Position numbers and translations under genes: made by a program
Source: Eledone cirrhosa
Lineage: Eukaryota
Reading direction: 5' to 3'
Assembly: GCA_964016885.1 (NCBI GenBank)
Contig: OZ024742.1
Coordinates: 39,432,001 to 39,496,000 of the forward strand
Length of the DNA: 64,000 nucleotides
Notes under the pieces: model-generated
The model's input: the letters and a program-made list of their open reading frames with translations, nothing else
The model's database searches: none
Told to the model about the DNA's origin: nothing
Part shown: positions 27,003-41,026 of the stretch, one piece after another
Position numbering within the stretch: the first letter of the stretch is position 1
Layout: each line of letters starts with the position of its first letter

Positions 27003-27436
27003 TCTTCATACTTCTTCCATTCAAAACTGAAATCTGCCTTCTTCTACCCCTAAAATAAACTTCCATTACTACTATTTTACCATTTGGCCAATTATTACCT
27101 TTCTATTGGTCAATTCAAAACCTGTTCCCAAACAGACCTACTATATTAAATCTTTGTTGGTTTTATTCAATGAACAAATATAATTATTTCTGAGGTCAGC
27201 ATATGACCTATTTTCATCACTAAAATAATCTTTCATTCATAATATTCTTTCCATCCAAAACTGAATTCTACCTTCCTCTACCCATAAATTAAGGTTCTTT
27301 TACTACTATTTTATCATCTTGACCTTCACTATCTTTCTATTGGTCAATTCCAAACCTGTTCGCAAACAGACCTATTGTATTAAATCTTTGTTGGTTTTTT
27401 TCAATAAACAAATATCATTATTTCTGAAGACAGCAT
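27000..27436. repeat. ~235-bp tandem duplication (1.8 copies)
   Basis: ccat.caaaactgaa...aaacagaccta..tattaaatctttgttggtttt..cagcatat occurs twice. Confidence 0.85.
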
Positions 27437-27598
27437 ATATGTGTAGGTATGTATATTCCCTCTGATAGTTTGTAAAAATTTTACATAGATCTATAGGATA
27501 TGCATACCAACACTAACATATATATCCTAGAAACGATCGTAAAATGCTGAATTTTTTAATATAAGGAACTGTTTCTTTGTTTATTCATTATTTTATTA

Positions 27599-27655
<57 letters not shown>

Positions 27656-27922
27656 TCTATTGATTTTTCCCTGGATTTTACAAAATTCTGTGGATGAATC
27701 TATGTTTTTTTTTAATTGAGTTTGAATTATTTTCCCACATCTTACGTTAACTATTTTTCCATTTTGACGTTATAGTCACTTATATATTATGAAATACAGT
27801 TGGCTTCACGCTCACAATAATTTATATACTTTCATTTATATTTTTATATATATATATATATTTAGGTTTTTTTGTGCATTTGCTTACCACGTGCGTTTAG
27901 TCATTTATTATTATTATTATTA

Positions 27923-27954
<32 letters not shown>

Positions 27955-28171
27955 GGCGACCTACGTAGTAAATCGTATCATCGTGAGCTCCGCAAATGTT
28001 TGTTATTTTCAGTTATTTAAAATTGCCATTTATGGAAAATTTTTATTGTTAACTGTATATAAGTGCACATACATTGATTTCTGAAAAGGACACTCAAAAA
28101 TATTGGGGCCTTGAGCCCAAAATTTAAACTTTTTATAATTATCAAACAAAAAATGTTTTCTTTGAAAAATA

Positions 28172-30093
28172 ATGGATGACTCAGATTCACTCCTTCCTCA
28201 CAATCCAACACCTCACACTGACACCACCATTGTAAACATTGCTACGTTTGCCAACACTGGAATTGTAAGCAGTAGCAATATTTTAAATTTGTCTCAGGCA
28301 GACGTTCATTTCCCGCCATTACCAATGACTGCAGGTGTTAAAGCCGCCACCACCCCCACCACCACTGTGACAACAGAAACAAAAGAAAAAAATAAATTAA
28401 CTCGTGATATCGAAATGAATTCAACCAAAATGAACTCTTCCACACCGAACACCACTGACGCCACCACCACCACAACTGAAACTAAAATTAAAAATAGCAA
28501 AAATAACGATAACAACAACAGCAACAATGAAATTAAGAAAACTACCCTGAGTTTTGCCAAAGTAGCAAAAACGTGCGAAGCGACCCAGGTAACTCAGGAG
28601 GAATTAGAAAAAGCCAAAGGAATGGTAAAGAAAGATGGGTACAGGGTCAGCCTCACCCCCACACCTAATAAAATGGAGCAACGTCGCCTATGCACCGTGT
28701 CTTATCGGACAATTAACATAAAAGCGCGCCGAGTGGAACGGGCATCCGAGTCCCAAATCCAAAAAGCTTTGGGACATGTGTGGGCAAAGAAAACCCACAT
28801 CAGACGTGGGCAGAAGTATAGAACCGTGGACGTGTTCTTTGAAACACCACAGGAGGCCAGAGAACACTCCATAGCCCCATTAAGAAGTGACGACTTCACA
28901 CTCATCCCAAGCTATTGTGGCCAGAGACTTGTGAAGATCAGGGTGACCCACGTTCCACCGGCCATCGAAATTCCCTGGCTAATGGCTGCCGCCCTCGCCG
29001 GCATCGAGGCCAACACCAAAATAATAGAAATAGCAAAAGAAAAGCAGGAGAACTGGTCCGGATCTGGGATGGAGCTCCTGATCCAAGCGGACCATAAAAG
29101 CATTGAAGAGATCCCAAAGGTAATAGAGCTCACTGACGGCAGCCACCTCACCGTAATCGTCGACGGCAGAAGACCTAGGTGTATGGTGAAGGAACCCACC
29201 TAAGGGCTTTTTGTCCTCAGGCTAAAAGGTTGAGGTCACCTCTCTTACCCACTCCAGTGACTCAACCATCAACACCACCAGCAGCAGAAATGGCAGCAAC
29301 AACTGTAGCAGCAACAAAAGAAGCAACTGTAACAGCAACAACCCCAGCAACAGTAGCAAAACCAACACAACCACCACGCAACGCCCCATAACTAGCACCA
29401 GCGCCTACACCATCCACTACGCCACAACCAAAACCAACGCCTGTGGAGGATTTTCCACTCCCCCGCTTATCGCAACTGGAGACAGATTGTGACGACGAGG
29501 AGTGGGAAACGGTATCAGGAAAAAAGAGAAAAAAAAGAAACCAAAAAAGAAAAAATTCTCTTCCTTCCCCCTCCAAAAACAAAATACAGAGGGAAACAAA
29601 TAAATTAGCAAACAAGAAAGTTAAGACAGATATGCCACCATCCACACCAGCATCACCAACCTCATCACCACAAACACCAACACCATCACCATCATTAACC
29701 CCAACACCACCATCACCAACACCACAAAAGTCACCAAAAAGCGTAACAGAAACAAACCCACAACAAACGCAAACAAAACAAAACAACCAAAACGATACAC
29801 ACTACACAGCATCAAATTTGAACAATAACCAATTATTACACTACATGCAACACAATACCAGCATCACAGAAAAAGACTACACAACAACCCAAAAGTTCAC
29901 ACAACCTCCACACATACAAATCACTCGCATCACACAGAAAACGTACACGACACTAAAACAAAAATTCCCCAAAGACATCGGAAACTTCCGACAAACACTC
30001 TCCAGGAGGATTTATAAGGACATCCTTCCAGAGGAGGCCACAAGCAGTGAAAAGGATGGACACACCATCCTTCCTCTACGAGAAGTAAGGTAA
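28172..30093 (+). pseudogene. Tx1 ORF1 (gag-like, broken zinc knuckle)
   Basis: SFAKVA motif, DGRRPRC then frameshift to GEGTHLRAFCP, EWETVSGKKRKK; frameshift ~29185, stop 29389-29391. Confidence 0.8.
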
Positions 30094-30127
30094 GTGGTCT
30101 TTCCCATCTTTTCCACTCCATTTCAAC

Positions 30128-33100
30128 ATGACCTCACTCAGAATAGGCAGCATAAATGCGCGTGGCTTGGGGTCGTCATGGAAGCAGGGTCACCTGCTCA
30201 ACGACCTCAAGTCACTAAACATAGATGTAGTGGCCATCAGCGAGACCAAAATCTCCGAAGCACGAGCCTTCGCACCGATCTTCGGCGGCTACGATGTGTA
30301 CGCATCTCCCAGCCGTCCTGAATCGGGAGGGGGGAGGAGTTGCTGTGCTTTTTCGGAGAGGTTTTGATCTCGCTAGACGGGCCATCTTCCTGGACCCAGA
30401 GGTTAAGTTGGTGGTACTGGACGTGACCAGCGGAGACGGGCAAGCTTTCAGGCTAGTGGCCGTCTATGCCCCGACAGGAGCAGGGCGGCCTGATTTCTTC
30501 CGGCGTCTGGAGACCTTTCTTGGAACGTCCCGCTCTTTAGTGTTAGTGGGCGACTGGAACGGGATCTTAGATGCACGCTGGGACTGTGTGGGATTAGCGG
30601 ATAGGGGTGGAGGGTGCAAGAGCCTCACCAACCTGCTCAGGCGTTTTGAACTGTCTGACAGGTACCGATTGGATTTCCCGAATGTCCCAATGTGGACTGG
30701 GACAAATCGCATAGGGTCAACCAGATCATATCTAGATAGAGTATTTTGTAGGGAAATAGATAGGTCTAGCATAGGCTGTCCACAATTGAAGATAGTCAGC
30801 TACACGGACCACAAATTCGTGATCTGTGTTCTTGACTTAGATAGGCTTCATAGACGAGGACCCAACTACTGGAAGCTAAACGCGTTCTTTCCAGCGCGCA
30901 AGGCCTACAGAGACCGGATTAGCGAACTAGTTAAGCGGGCGTTGACGGGGGCCATCGTCAACAACAAGTGGTGGTTTGCTCTGAAAAGAGCGATTAGAAT
31001 AGAATCCATTAGGTTTAGTAAGGCTTTAGCAATAGAGAAAAATAGAGCAGAGGGAGAACTAGTTAGAAAATTAGACGAGGCGCTTAGCAAAGGCATCACA
31101 ACCGACGTGCTTGCGGTGAAATTGGCCCTTGACCAATTCTTCAATGCAAAGCACGAAGGCTGCGTTGTCAGAGCTAGGGTGCGTGCTCTCAGACACGAGG
31201 GGACGAAAGCCGTTCAATGGGCCCGAGTGGCGGAGGCGCGTCGTGGCAACAAAGCCACGATCCGGTCTTTGGTGGACCACGACGGGCGCATGCTACTCGA
31301 TCCCGGGCAAATGTGTGAAGCTTTTCAGCGACATTTCGCTCAGCTGTTCGGGGGCAGCGGTGGGCCGGGTCGAGGGATGGACTTTAGTGTCTACCTCGAC
31401 GGACTGCCGCGGCTCTCGGCCACTGAGGCGGAGTGTTGCGAAAAGCCGATAACAGCCGCTGAAGTAAGGGAGGAAATGACTGGCTGCACAACGGGTAAAT
31501 CGCCTGCTTTGGATGGTCTGCCCTATGAACTTTACGTACAGATGCCAGACTTGTTCGGAGGCCTCTTGGCGGACGTCTACTGCAACTGGCAACAGAATGG
31601 GAGAATTCCCAGCTCTGTGAGCCGAGGAGCGGTGGCACTGCTGAGAAAGGATCCGAACAAGAGGGATAACATAGATAATTTCAGGCCCATAACTCTGCTA
31701 AACACAGAGTTCAAGATTTTGGCCAAGGTGCTAGCAAAGAGGTTGGCGCTTGTCGTTGGTGGTCTGGTGGGAGAGGCCATCTCGTCCCTCTTGTACGTAT
31801 TGACTCACGAGCCATTACTGCACAAACTGGAGATGTTGAGGGGTGTCCCGCGCGAACTAGGATGCGGAAGATCCGTGTCAGCATATGCGGACGATGTCAA
31901 CGTAGTGGTGTCGAACGCCAAACACATCGAGGCGATCGGCACTACACTAAGAGAATACGAAGCGGTGACAGGAGCAATGATCAACCAGGAAAAGTCAGTG
32001 GGCCTGCATCTCGGCACCTGGAGAGGCAGGTCCATGCCGTCCAACACCGTCGTCGGACGCTGGACGGACGGACCGGTTAAATTGCTAGGGGTCTGGTTCG
32101 GTCCGGACCTCCAGACGGACAAACACTGGGACGAGGTGACGAGAAGGGTGGCTTCTCTCACCCAGAAATGGGCCGAGAGGAAGCTATCCCTGAAAGGTCG
32201 AGCGGAGGTGGCTAACGCGTACATCGCGTCTGTCATCTGCTACCGCCTGACCGTCGTACCTTGTCCTAAGCCCCGCCTGACTGCGCTGGAGCGTTTGCTC
32301 TTTCGCTTTTTGTGGAAGGGATGCGCTCCGATGGTCAGGCGGTCCATCTGCTGTCAACACCCGCTACGTGGAGGGCTTGGAATGCCGTGGCTGATGATGC
32401 GCAGACACGCGCTCAGGCTACGACATCACCTTTTCCTTGACGGTGATCAGGTGTGGTCGCCGTTTGCTAGACACGTATTTCCCCAGCTCGTTTCCTTGAC
32501 GGAGCTGCAGTCCCGAGTCAAGCGAAGACTGAGAGAGAGCGCCTGGAGACTGGAATGTCTTGAGGTGCTCACAACCCTCGACCAATCGGGCAATGTGATC
32601 GGTGGAAACTCCACCTCGGCGTTCTATAGAGGATTAGTGGAGGGGAAGAGCGACGACGTACTTGGGGAAACTCTAGGCGTCGACGAAAATAAACTAGCCA
32701 ATCTCTTCGGAAGAACTTTCGGGCCGGGACCTATGGACAATTTCCAGAAATCTCTGACCTGGAAGTGCTACCGAGGAACCTTGCCAGTTCGGGATAAACT
32801 CTACAGGCATGGAGGTGCCGTCAGCCGAGCATGTCCGAGATGCGCGCAGGGCGACGAAACCGTCCTGCACGCATTCGTCCAGTGTCCGAAAATTGCTGAC
32901 TTGTGGGTTTATGTCGAACACCTGCTGTCGCGTATAGGACGGATCCAGCTATCATCTGAGTCCATCGTGAGGATTGCCCCGCCCTCTTCCTTTAGCCGGG
33001 AAGGGCAGCCAGTTTTTATCTGTCTGGTGGCCATGGCGAAAGAGATAGTATGGTGGACACGTTTGAAAGGGCTGAAGACGAGCACTTACCTCTTCGGTGA

Positions 33101-33233
33101 TGCCCTGATTGACTTTTTTAAATTTCATTTGAAAAGGAAAATCAGAGTAGAGAGGGAAATGCTCTCTTCCCAGCATTTTGTTGAAAGATGGGTGAGTGAA
33201 TGGGCCTACTCTGAGTACGTATCTGTAAATTAA
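30128..33233 (+). pseudogene. Tx1 ORF2: APE endonuclease - RT - zinc finger
   Basis: GSINARGL, ISETK, VYAP, GDWN, SYLDR, TDHK, WKLN, KSPALDGLP, FRPITLLN, YADD, CPRC..ETVLHAFVQC; frameshift in the G-run ~30330. Confidence 0.93.
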
Positions 33234-33780
33234 AGGTGGAAAACTGGGAGAGGGCACTTGCCCTGGTGGTCAGGGTCACTGTGGTCTTTTAAATGGGCTT
33301 TCTCCACAAATGTCCCTCGGAAGTCTCCCCCCCCCCCCTATTGGGGAATTTTTCATTGTTATTTTTATTACATCCTCTGTTTTTTTTACACGCAGAAATG
33401 CCCATTTGTACCGTCCTGTATTGTCCTGTACTTTCCTTAATCTCTACTTTATGTAAACCCTTGTGGTTAATAAAGAAAACATTATTATTATTATTATTAT
33501 TTTAATTTTTATTTAAAATTTTGCCGTCTTGTATCGCTGTCAACTTAATATTTTTTATTTTTTATTTTCTTAATCCTTATTTTTTATTTGCTTATTTGTA
33601 TGTGACGGCCTATTATGATTATTTATTCTTATTTGTGTGTGTGTATATGTATCCTTTTATATGTGTGTACGTATGCATGTGTGTATATATGTGTGTATGT
33701 ATATGTGTGTGTGTATGTATGTATGTATGTATGTGTATGTATATATATATGTATATATATATATGTATGTGTGTGCATGT

Positions 33781-33826
<46 letters not shown>

Positions 33827-34111
33827 TGGTGTATTTATGTATGGATATATATATATATATATATATGTGTCTATGTGTGTGTATATGTGTCTCTGTGTAT
33901 ATATATGTCTATATACACGTGTATATGTGTATATGTATATGTATATATGTGTGTATATGTGAGTGTGTGTGCGTGTGTGTGTGTACGTGTGTGTTGTGTT
34001 ATATATTCTTATTTATAACTCCCCCCCCCCTTTTTTTTCCCTCCAGCCTCACTTTCATATCTGTTATATTTTTGTTTTTCAAATCCACTGTCAATGAAGA
34101 CACCAGGATTT

Positions 34112-34171
34112 TTTCATTCTGTTGAATGAAAGCAATTTTGGTTTCTTTCAAGAAACCACTGGTAAATGAAA
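34112..34171 (+). ncRNA. hammerhead family A, core mutated (CTGTTGA)
   Basis: sister of 20205-20264. Confidence 0.6.
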
Positions 34172-34261
34172 TAATTATCTTATGTTGTTTATTACATAAC
34201 TATTAACCTCTGTAACCTACATAGAGCACTCTTTTTTCCTGGACCTTTCCGACGGAATCAC

Positions 34262-34340
<79 letters not shown>

Positions 34341-34544
34341 GTTTATCTTTCAAAATTGGGTGCTTTCTCTTCAATCTACTCTTTTCTCCGCTTTCTTCTT
34401 TTTTACTCTCGCCTGTATTTCCTTTTCCTTTTCTTCTCTCTTTCTATCGAAATGTCAACTCTTTTCCAACTATATCAAGTGTTAAATTAATATGCTAATA
34501 TTGCTTGTTTTGTTCGCTTGTGTTGACATTTCTTATATTCTTGT

Positions 34545-34945
34545 ATTCTGTTGACAACGAAGGGTTTCTCCCTACGAACGAAAGGTCGGTTGTATGATGC
34601 CTGTGTGAGATGCACGATGCTGCATGGTAGTGACACATAGGCAGCAACTGCGGAGGATATGCGACGGCTGGACAGAAATGAAGCAAGCATGCTCCGAAGG
34701 ATGTGCAATGTCAACGTACGTGAACGACCACTGTGTGGGAGAGAAGACTGCGTTGGTATGGACATGTGATGTGCATGAAAGATGACAGCTGCATGAAGAA
34801 GTGCCAAAAAATCCTGATGGAAGGAAGACGCAGTAGAGGAAGACCGCGAAAAACATGGGCGGAGGTGGTGAGAACTGACCTCAGATTGCTGAAGCTCACA
34901 GAGGAGATGACGAGGGGCCGTGACGAATGGAGAGATGCTGAAGAT
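34545..34945 (+). mobile_element. RTE-clade LINE 3' fragment
   Basis: KGRLYDACVR..MLHGSDT, RRLRWYGHV, GRRSRGRPRKTW. Confidence 0.88.
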
Positions 34946-35494
34946 GTGTGTGTGTGCAGGTATGGATATTATTGTATTTGTGTATGTGTATGTTTTGAGT
35001 TATATGTGCGCATGTGCGTATGTTTTGTATCTGTACATGTGTGCATGCAAGCAAGGAAAAGCAGACGTAAAATGATGATGATGATGATGATGATATATAT
35101 ATATATATATATATGGTTTATATATTTCAAAATTGGTTTGGGGACATGACGTAAATTAAAAACGCTTCAAACAATGGGCAATATTTACCAATTTATTAAA
35201 TCAACTTAGCAAATACTAAAAAATATGCACAATAATTATATCTGAGTGAGTAATGATCTAGGAGTTTCTTAGTTTCTAGACTAACTTATCATATCAAATT
35301 CTTGTAAAAAAGTAAAGGACCCTTGACTCCTAATGGAGTCATAGGGGAGCTAAACCGAAACACGGTGTGTCGTGGACATTTTAAAAACCTGGCGGAACCC
35401 ACCCCTTTCCACGACGGAACACCAATTTATTCCAGAAAGGGCGGGAGAGTGATCAAGAGAAGAAAAGAGAGATAAAGCAAGATAGAGGACAAAT

Positions 35495-35650
35495 AAACTC
35501 TAGTAGTTGACTGATATTTTATTCATCGGCCTCAAATAGACAAATGGTGAAGTTGACCTCGGCAGGATTTGAATTCAGAACAATGAACCTAAACAAATAC
35601 TGAAGCATTTTCCAATCCGATGCCTTAACGATTTTGCCAATTCGCCGCCC
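35495..35650 (-). mobile_element. tRNA-derived SINE (degenerate)
   Basis: ggcggcgaattggcaaaatcgtt head, gaattcaaatcctgccgaggtcaactt. Confidence 0.75.
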
Positions 35651-36449
35651 TGCATTTCGAATAAATCAATGAAAAGATAAAGCACTCGTCATAACTTTTA
35701 ACATTTCATATGCTACGATGACCTCATAACATCTTTTGCGTTTAGATCGACAAAATAATCGACAACACAGAAGCCATAAAGTTGTTTGAATTCACGACAA
35801 TAAATGTTACAAAGTATTGTATAATAATAGAAATTCTATATAATTAGGGCTCCACACCGAGATATCACTCGGATACAATATTTTCATAACAAGATAATGT
35901 TATAATGTTCATTGGTTCGCAATTCGTAACACAAAGATAATGTTGAAGATATACATTTGTGATGCCACAACTCAGTAACTGCTAACTGCTAATATTATTG
36001 CGTCTAGAAGTACAAAAATATGTAAGAAAATTGCAAGGGTGCCATTCTTTGCTTCTAAGAAATCTATTTACGTATATACATACACACTTTTATAGAATGC
36101 TACCACGAGCATGCATATACATACATACATAAATTGCATGTCATAACTGCATGCACACATGTACAGATACAAAACATACGCACATGCACACATATAACTC
36201 AAAACATACACATACACAAATACAATAATATCCATATCTGCACACACACACACTCGCGCGCGCGCGCGTGCATGCATGCAGACATATTTACCTACTTGAT
36301 GTTGTTTAAACTCCAAAGAGTTTTGTGTCTATGTTAAAAACCGACTCTCTCCATTTGAAAAGTTTTTATAAAATTATAAAACCAGAAGAATATACATATA
36401 TGCATGTATGTATGTATGCATACATGCATGTATGCATACATACATACAT

Positions 36450-37017
36450 GATGATGGCTTCCCCCGCGTTATCGAGTATGGACATTGCACGATATACCCT
36501 TATTAATAATTATTAATTAATGCTATCGTACAATGTCTGTGCGTGAAGACTTTTTTAAAAGTGAGGAAAGACTGTGCACTGAGCCAATCCCACTCACTGA
36601 GCGAAAGTAGCTATAACCCGAAAAGAAGAAAAGCTCAACATCATCGGTAACTCTTGAGTGCTACTGGTAACATGTAACCCAGTATAACTTGTCGGCGACT
36701 AAACCGGCAACCCCACCAAGTTTACTTGGTAAGGAGGGTGATTTTGGACGCCCTGCAGGACAAAAAACAAAACCTGACAAAGGGCGGAAGAACTCATAAC
36801 AGTCAACGGCCATCCAAAAGTGTGTAAATATGTATATATAATACATGTGTATGTATGTATGTATATGTATATGTGTATATACATGGGTGCATGTGTATAT
36901 ATATGTGCGGGGACATAGAAATAGTCGGGCTGGACACCCGATCGCGCGGTTAAACCACATCATAGTCAGGGCATTCTTCTAGGAGAAGGCAACTCAGGAA
37001 ACTGGGATAACTCCGAC
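36450..37017 (-). mobile_element. RTE-derived non-autonomous element with inverted 5' half
   Basis: 36450-36650 matches 12690-12890; 36650-37017 matches the reverse complement of 12911-13283. Confidence 0.8.
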
Positions 37018-37029
37018 ATACATACATAC

Positions 37030-37175
37030 ATACATGGTGGCTGCCAACTCATTTTCGAGTACGGCCACTACTTTATATCCATGTAGGAGAGCCCCTACCG
37101 ATGCGCTGAACAAGTGTGACTTTTTAGTCCAGCCAGCGACTTGAAAACTCTGGTACAAACATACACCGGTGACAA
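37030..37175 (-). mobile_element. RTE LINE extreme 3' end
   Basis: VCTRVFKSLAGLKSH zinc-finger remnant; tail gtactcgaaaatgagttggcagccacc(atgt)n. Confidence 0.65.
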
Positions 37176-38270
37176 TTATTGACTGCTGTTGATGAGCTCG
37201 TGGGGTGCAGTTATGATGTGGTAGAGCTCCATGAGGCAAATATCGCACTTCCTCTTGAAGTTGTACGGTGCAGCCCTGCCGACAATATAGCAGTGCGTGG
37301 AGAAGCTGATGTTTAAGTCTTTTAATGATGTGATGTAGTTCGCGAGCGAAGTGGAGTGTCTTAAATTCTTATTTGTGAAAGAGTGGAGATGTGTTCGAAA
37401 TCTAATTTTGAACGGGCCGGAGGTAGCCCCTATATAATGTTTAACGCTATTGTGGCTAGTTACAGTGCACCTATATATAATCCTATCAGTCAAGCAGTAT
37501 CCTCTAAGGGGGCAGCGTCTCCTGTCGTGGCAGTTGAAATTTCTGTCGCGGTTCCTTCCACTTCCCACGGTAAGGCTATCATTGTTGCTGCCTACGTTGT
37601 TATCTACGCTCCCGCAGCTGTCGTTAGCACCATTACAACCCACAGCACGCGGGGTGGTACGATTATTATTCCGCACGTCATGTCCTGCATGTTCCCCAGT
37701 CATGTCGCGGTTATGCTGGTTGCGTATGCGGATGCCGTTGCCAACACTATTGGATGCTGCTAGGGAGTTGTTAAGGCCGATATAGTTATTGTCAGGTGTA
37801 GGTGCGTCTGTGCTAAGGTGCTGTGTCTTGGTGATGTTACTCTGGTTCGTTGTTCCTATGATGTCTGCTAGGTTAGGAGTAGTAGAGAAGGATATTTTTA
37901 TATTGTTCCTATTAAGAATTTTTCTATAGCTATGGTTGGGCGGGAAGTTCTTCTCTAAGGCTTCAAAGAATATCCGAGAGTAGGGGGGGGGGTAGAACAA
38001 TAGGACGTTACGGTGGCGATTACGTGTCCTTGTACGTTTACTACGGGTGGTTCCATCTAGGTGACCGTTCTTATGTATGTCAATGCGCTGTAGCCCGTTA
38101 GGTACCCTTTTCACTTTATGCTCGTGCACTCTTCTTCCTTCTTCCATGTTTATGTACAGGAATATGTTGGTTGGAAGGCGTTGGTAGTAGGCCGTCGCCT
38201 TTGTTGATTTTATAGTAGGGGACTAATTCGAGTAAGCTACAGTGGTCACTGTCACCGGGGTCGTGATCTT
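37176..38270 (-). pseudogene. Hydra-type PLE linker + GIY-YIG fragment
   Basis: FYPPPYS, KILNRNNIKISFS, NCHDRRRCPLRGYC, IIY...YIGAT, CDICLME. Confidence 0.85.
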
Positions 38271-38326
38271 TATTGCATGGTAAGTTACCCATACCATCGC
38301 CAAATATATATATATATTTATATATT

Positions 38327-38360
<34 letters not shown>

Positions 38361-38442
38361 CGCGCGCGTGTGTATATGTGTATGTTTGCGTGTGTGTGAG
38401 TGTGTGTATGTATTGCAAGATATACATATATATATATATATA

Positions 38443-38861
<419 letters not shown>

Positions 38862-39179
38862 ATATGTGTATGTTTGCGTGTGTGTGAGTGTGTGTATGTA
38901 TTGCAAGATATACATTTCAAAAACGTTTTAACTTACTAACATAAAAAGTCACCCGAATATTGTGTAGAATTATGACACTACCATTTGATCCAGCAATAAA
39001 TTGCTTTTTAAATCAGATGAACTTCTGAAACCTCACAAAACAACTGACCTGGTAAAAATTGGGTCAAAGGAATACGTTCACACACACATGTGTGTGTGTG
39101 TGGGGGGGGGGGGGCGTAATAAATTATATAGAATTTGTAAAATATTTGATACACCAATATTTGATAACACCAATATATG

Positions 39180-39248
<69 letters not shown>

Positions 39249-39399
39249 ATTATATTTCAGTACAGTTGACGCGCACATAGACAAATACATATAGAGAGAA
39301 AGAGGAAGAAAGAGATATATGCCCATATAAATAACATGTCTGTTAAATTTATACATCTGCCAACACGCATATATGCGTATATATATATATATGCAAACA

Positions 39400-39535
<136 letters not shown>

Positions 39536-39628
39536 AAGCTTCTACAGGACATTTATACTCTGCTATGTATTGAGTACCTTATTTACTGTGGTTACCCCCA
39601 GTTGAACCCGGAATAACTTATATATATA

Positions 39629-39682
<54 letters not shown>

Positions 39683-39762
39683 GAGGTTATATCCAGGAAT
39701 CTTCAATCGTTAAGGTTGTCTTTTTTCCGGGTATGCCAATATTTATTTATAAAACAAATCTG

Positions 39763-39828
39763 TATTTTATCTGATGAAAGCGCACCATAATTTGCCTTGG
39801 TTGCCCTTGAAATATATATAATAAAATA
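39763..39828 (+). ncRNA. minimal type I hammerhead, family B (best-preserved copy)
   Basis: tattttat CTGATGA aagcgcacca..tggttgccctt GAAA tatata TA ataaaata; perfect 8-bp stem I. Confidence 0.88.
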
Positions 39829-39866
39829 AATATGGTTTTATAAATATAGTTTCCGTTTATTAATAT

Positions 39867-39952
<86 letters not shown>

Positions 39953-39954
39953 TA

Positions 39955-40402
39955 TGAGAGTATTGAAGTTTGCTTGAAGCATTGTGGAATAATAGGTAAA
40001 TTTCTTTAAGTCGTTTGGAAGCCTCGACAATGCAAATGGGTAAATCTCCGGGTAACAAGAGGCAGCGTTTCAGGAAAATAATTTGACAGCTAGCATTGGT
40101 CCATTTCTCCGACAGTCTAAACAGTTCCCTTACGGATGCAAACAATTCCTGGCTCAGGTGTAAGGATAAGAGAGTATTGAAGTTTGCTTATCATTCCATA
40201 ATGCTTCAAGCAAAATTCAATACTCTCTTATCCTTACACCTGAGCCAGGAATTGTTGGCATCCGTAAGGGAACTGTTTAGACTGTCGGAGAAATGGGCCA
40301 ATGCTGGCTGTCAAATTATTTTCCTGAAACGCTGCCTCTTGTTACCCGGAGATTTACCCATTTGCATTGTCGAGGCTTCCAAACGACTTAAATAAATTTA
40401 CC
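39955..40402. mobile_element. two-armed palindromic insertion of a ~215-nt PLE-derived unit
   Basis: 39996-40189 inverted versus 40208-40402; part recurs at 54440-54497. Confidence 0.75.
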
Positions 40403-40419
40403 ATATCAATATATATATA

Positions 40420-40872
40420 TATAAACGTTTGTATATGTATAATAAAGCCAAAACAATGCAGGTATGGACATAGAATAAAGAATGCAAATGCAAAAATATT
40501 GTTGACAATTAGTCTTTTACCTTAGATTTATTTAAATGTCCTTAATTTTCGAGATAATATCTCTTCTTTGGAGGGAAGTAAAGCGGTTAAACCAGTATTC
40601 TAAATAGCTTGCCAAATCATCCTGTCAGCATGACTTGGCAAGCTATTTAGAACACTGGTTTAACCACTTTACTTCCCTCCGAAAAAGAGATATTATCTCG
40701 AAAATTAAGGACATTTAAATAAATCTAAGGTAAAAGACTAATTGTCAACAATATTTTTGCATTTGCATTCTTTATTCTATGACCATACCTGCATTGTTTT
40801 GGCTTTATTATACATATACAAACGTTTATACCTCATTACACAATGCTTCAAGTGAACTATAACTTCCTCCAC
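40420..40872. mobile_element. two-armed PLE end with degenerate hammerheads (40540-40574 -, 40676-40710 +)
   Basis: 40420-40619 inverted versus 40630-40830; cct CCGAAAA a gagat-att-atctc GAAA at TA agg. Confidence 0.65.
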
Positions 40873-40948
40873 ATATATATATATTTATATATATTTATAT
40901 ATATATTAGGTAAAAACCGAAGTTGTAGCTGCCATATGCCAGGTAGTA

Positions 40949-41026
<78 letters not shown>

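Larger units (their letters stand above)
27955..33500 (+). mobile_element. Tx1-clade (L1 group) non-LTR retrotransposon, near full length
   Basis: two ORFs, AATAAA near 33468, (ATT)n on both flanks. Confidence 0.9.

Noticed and set aside
27170-27230. Minus-strand GTGATGA...GAAA taatta TA
   Set aside because: Core is displaced from stem II and there is no stem I
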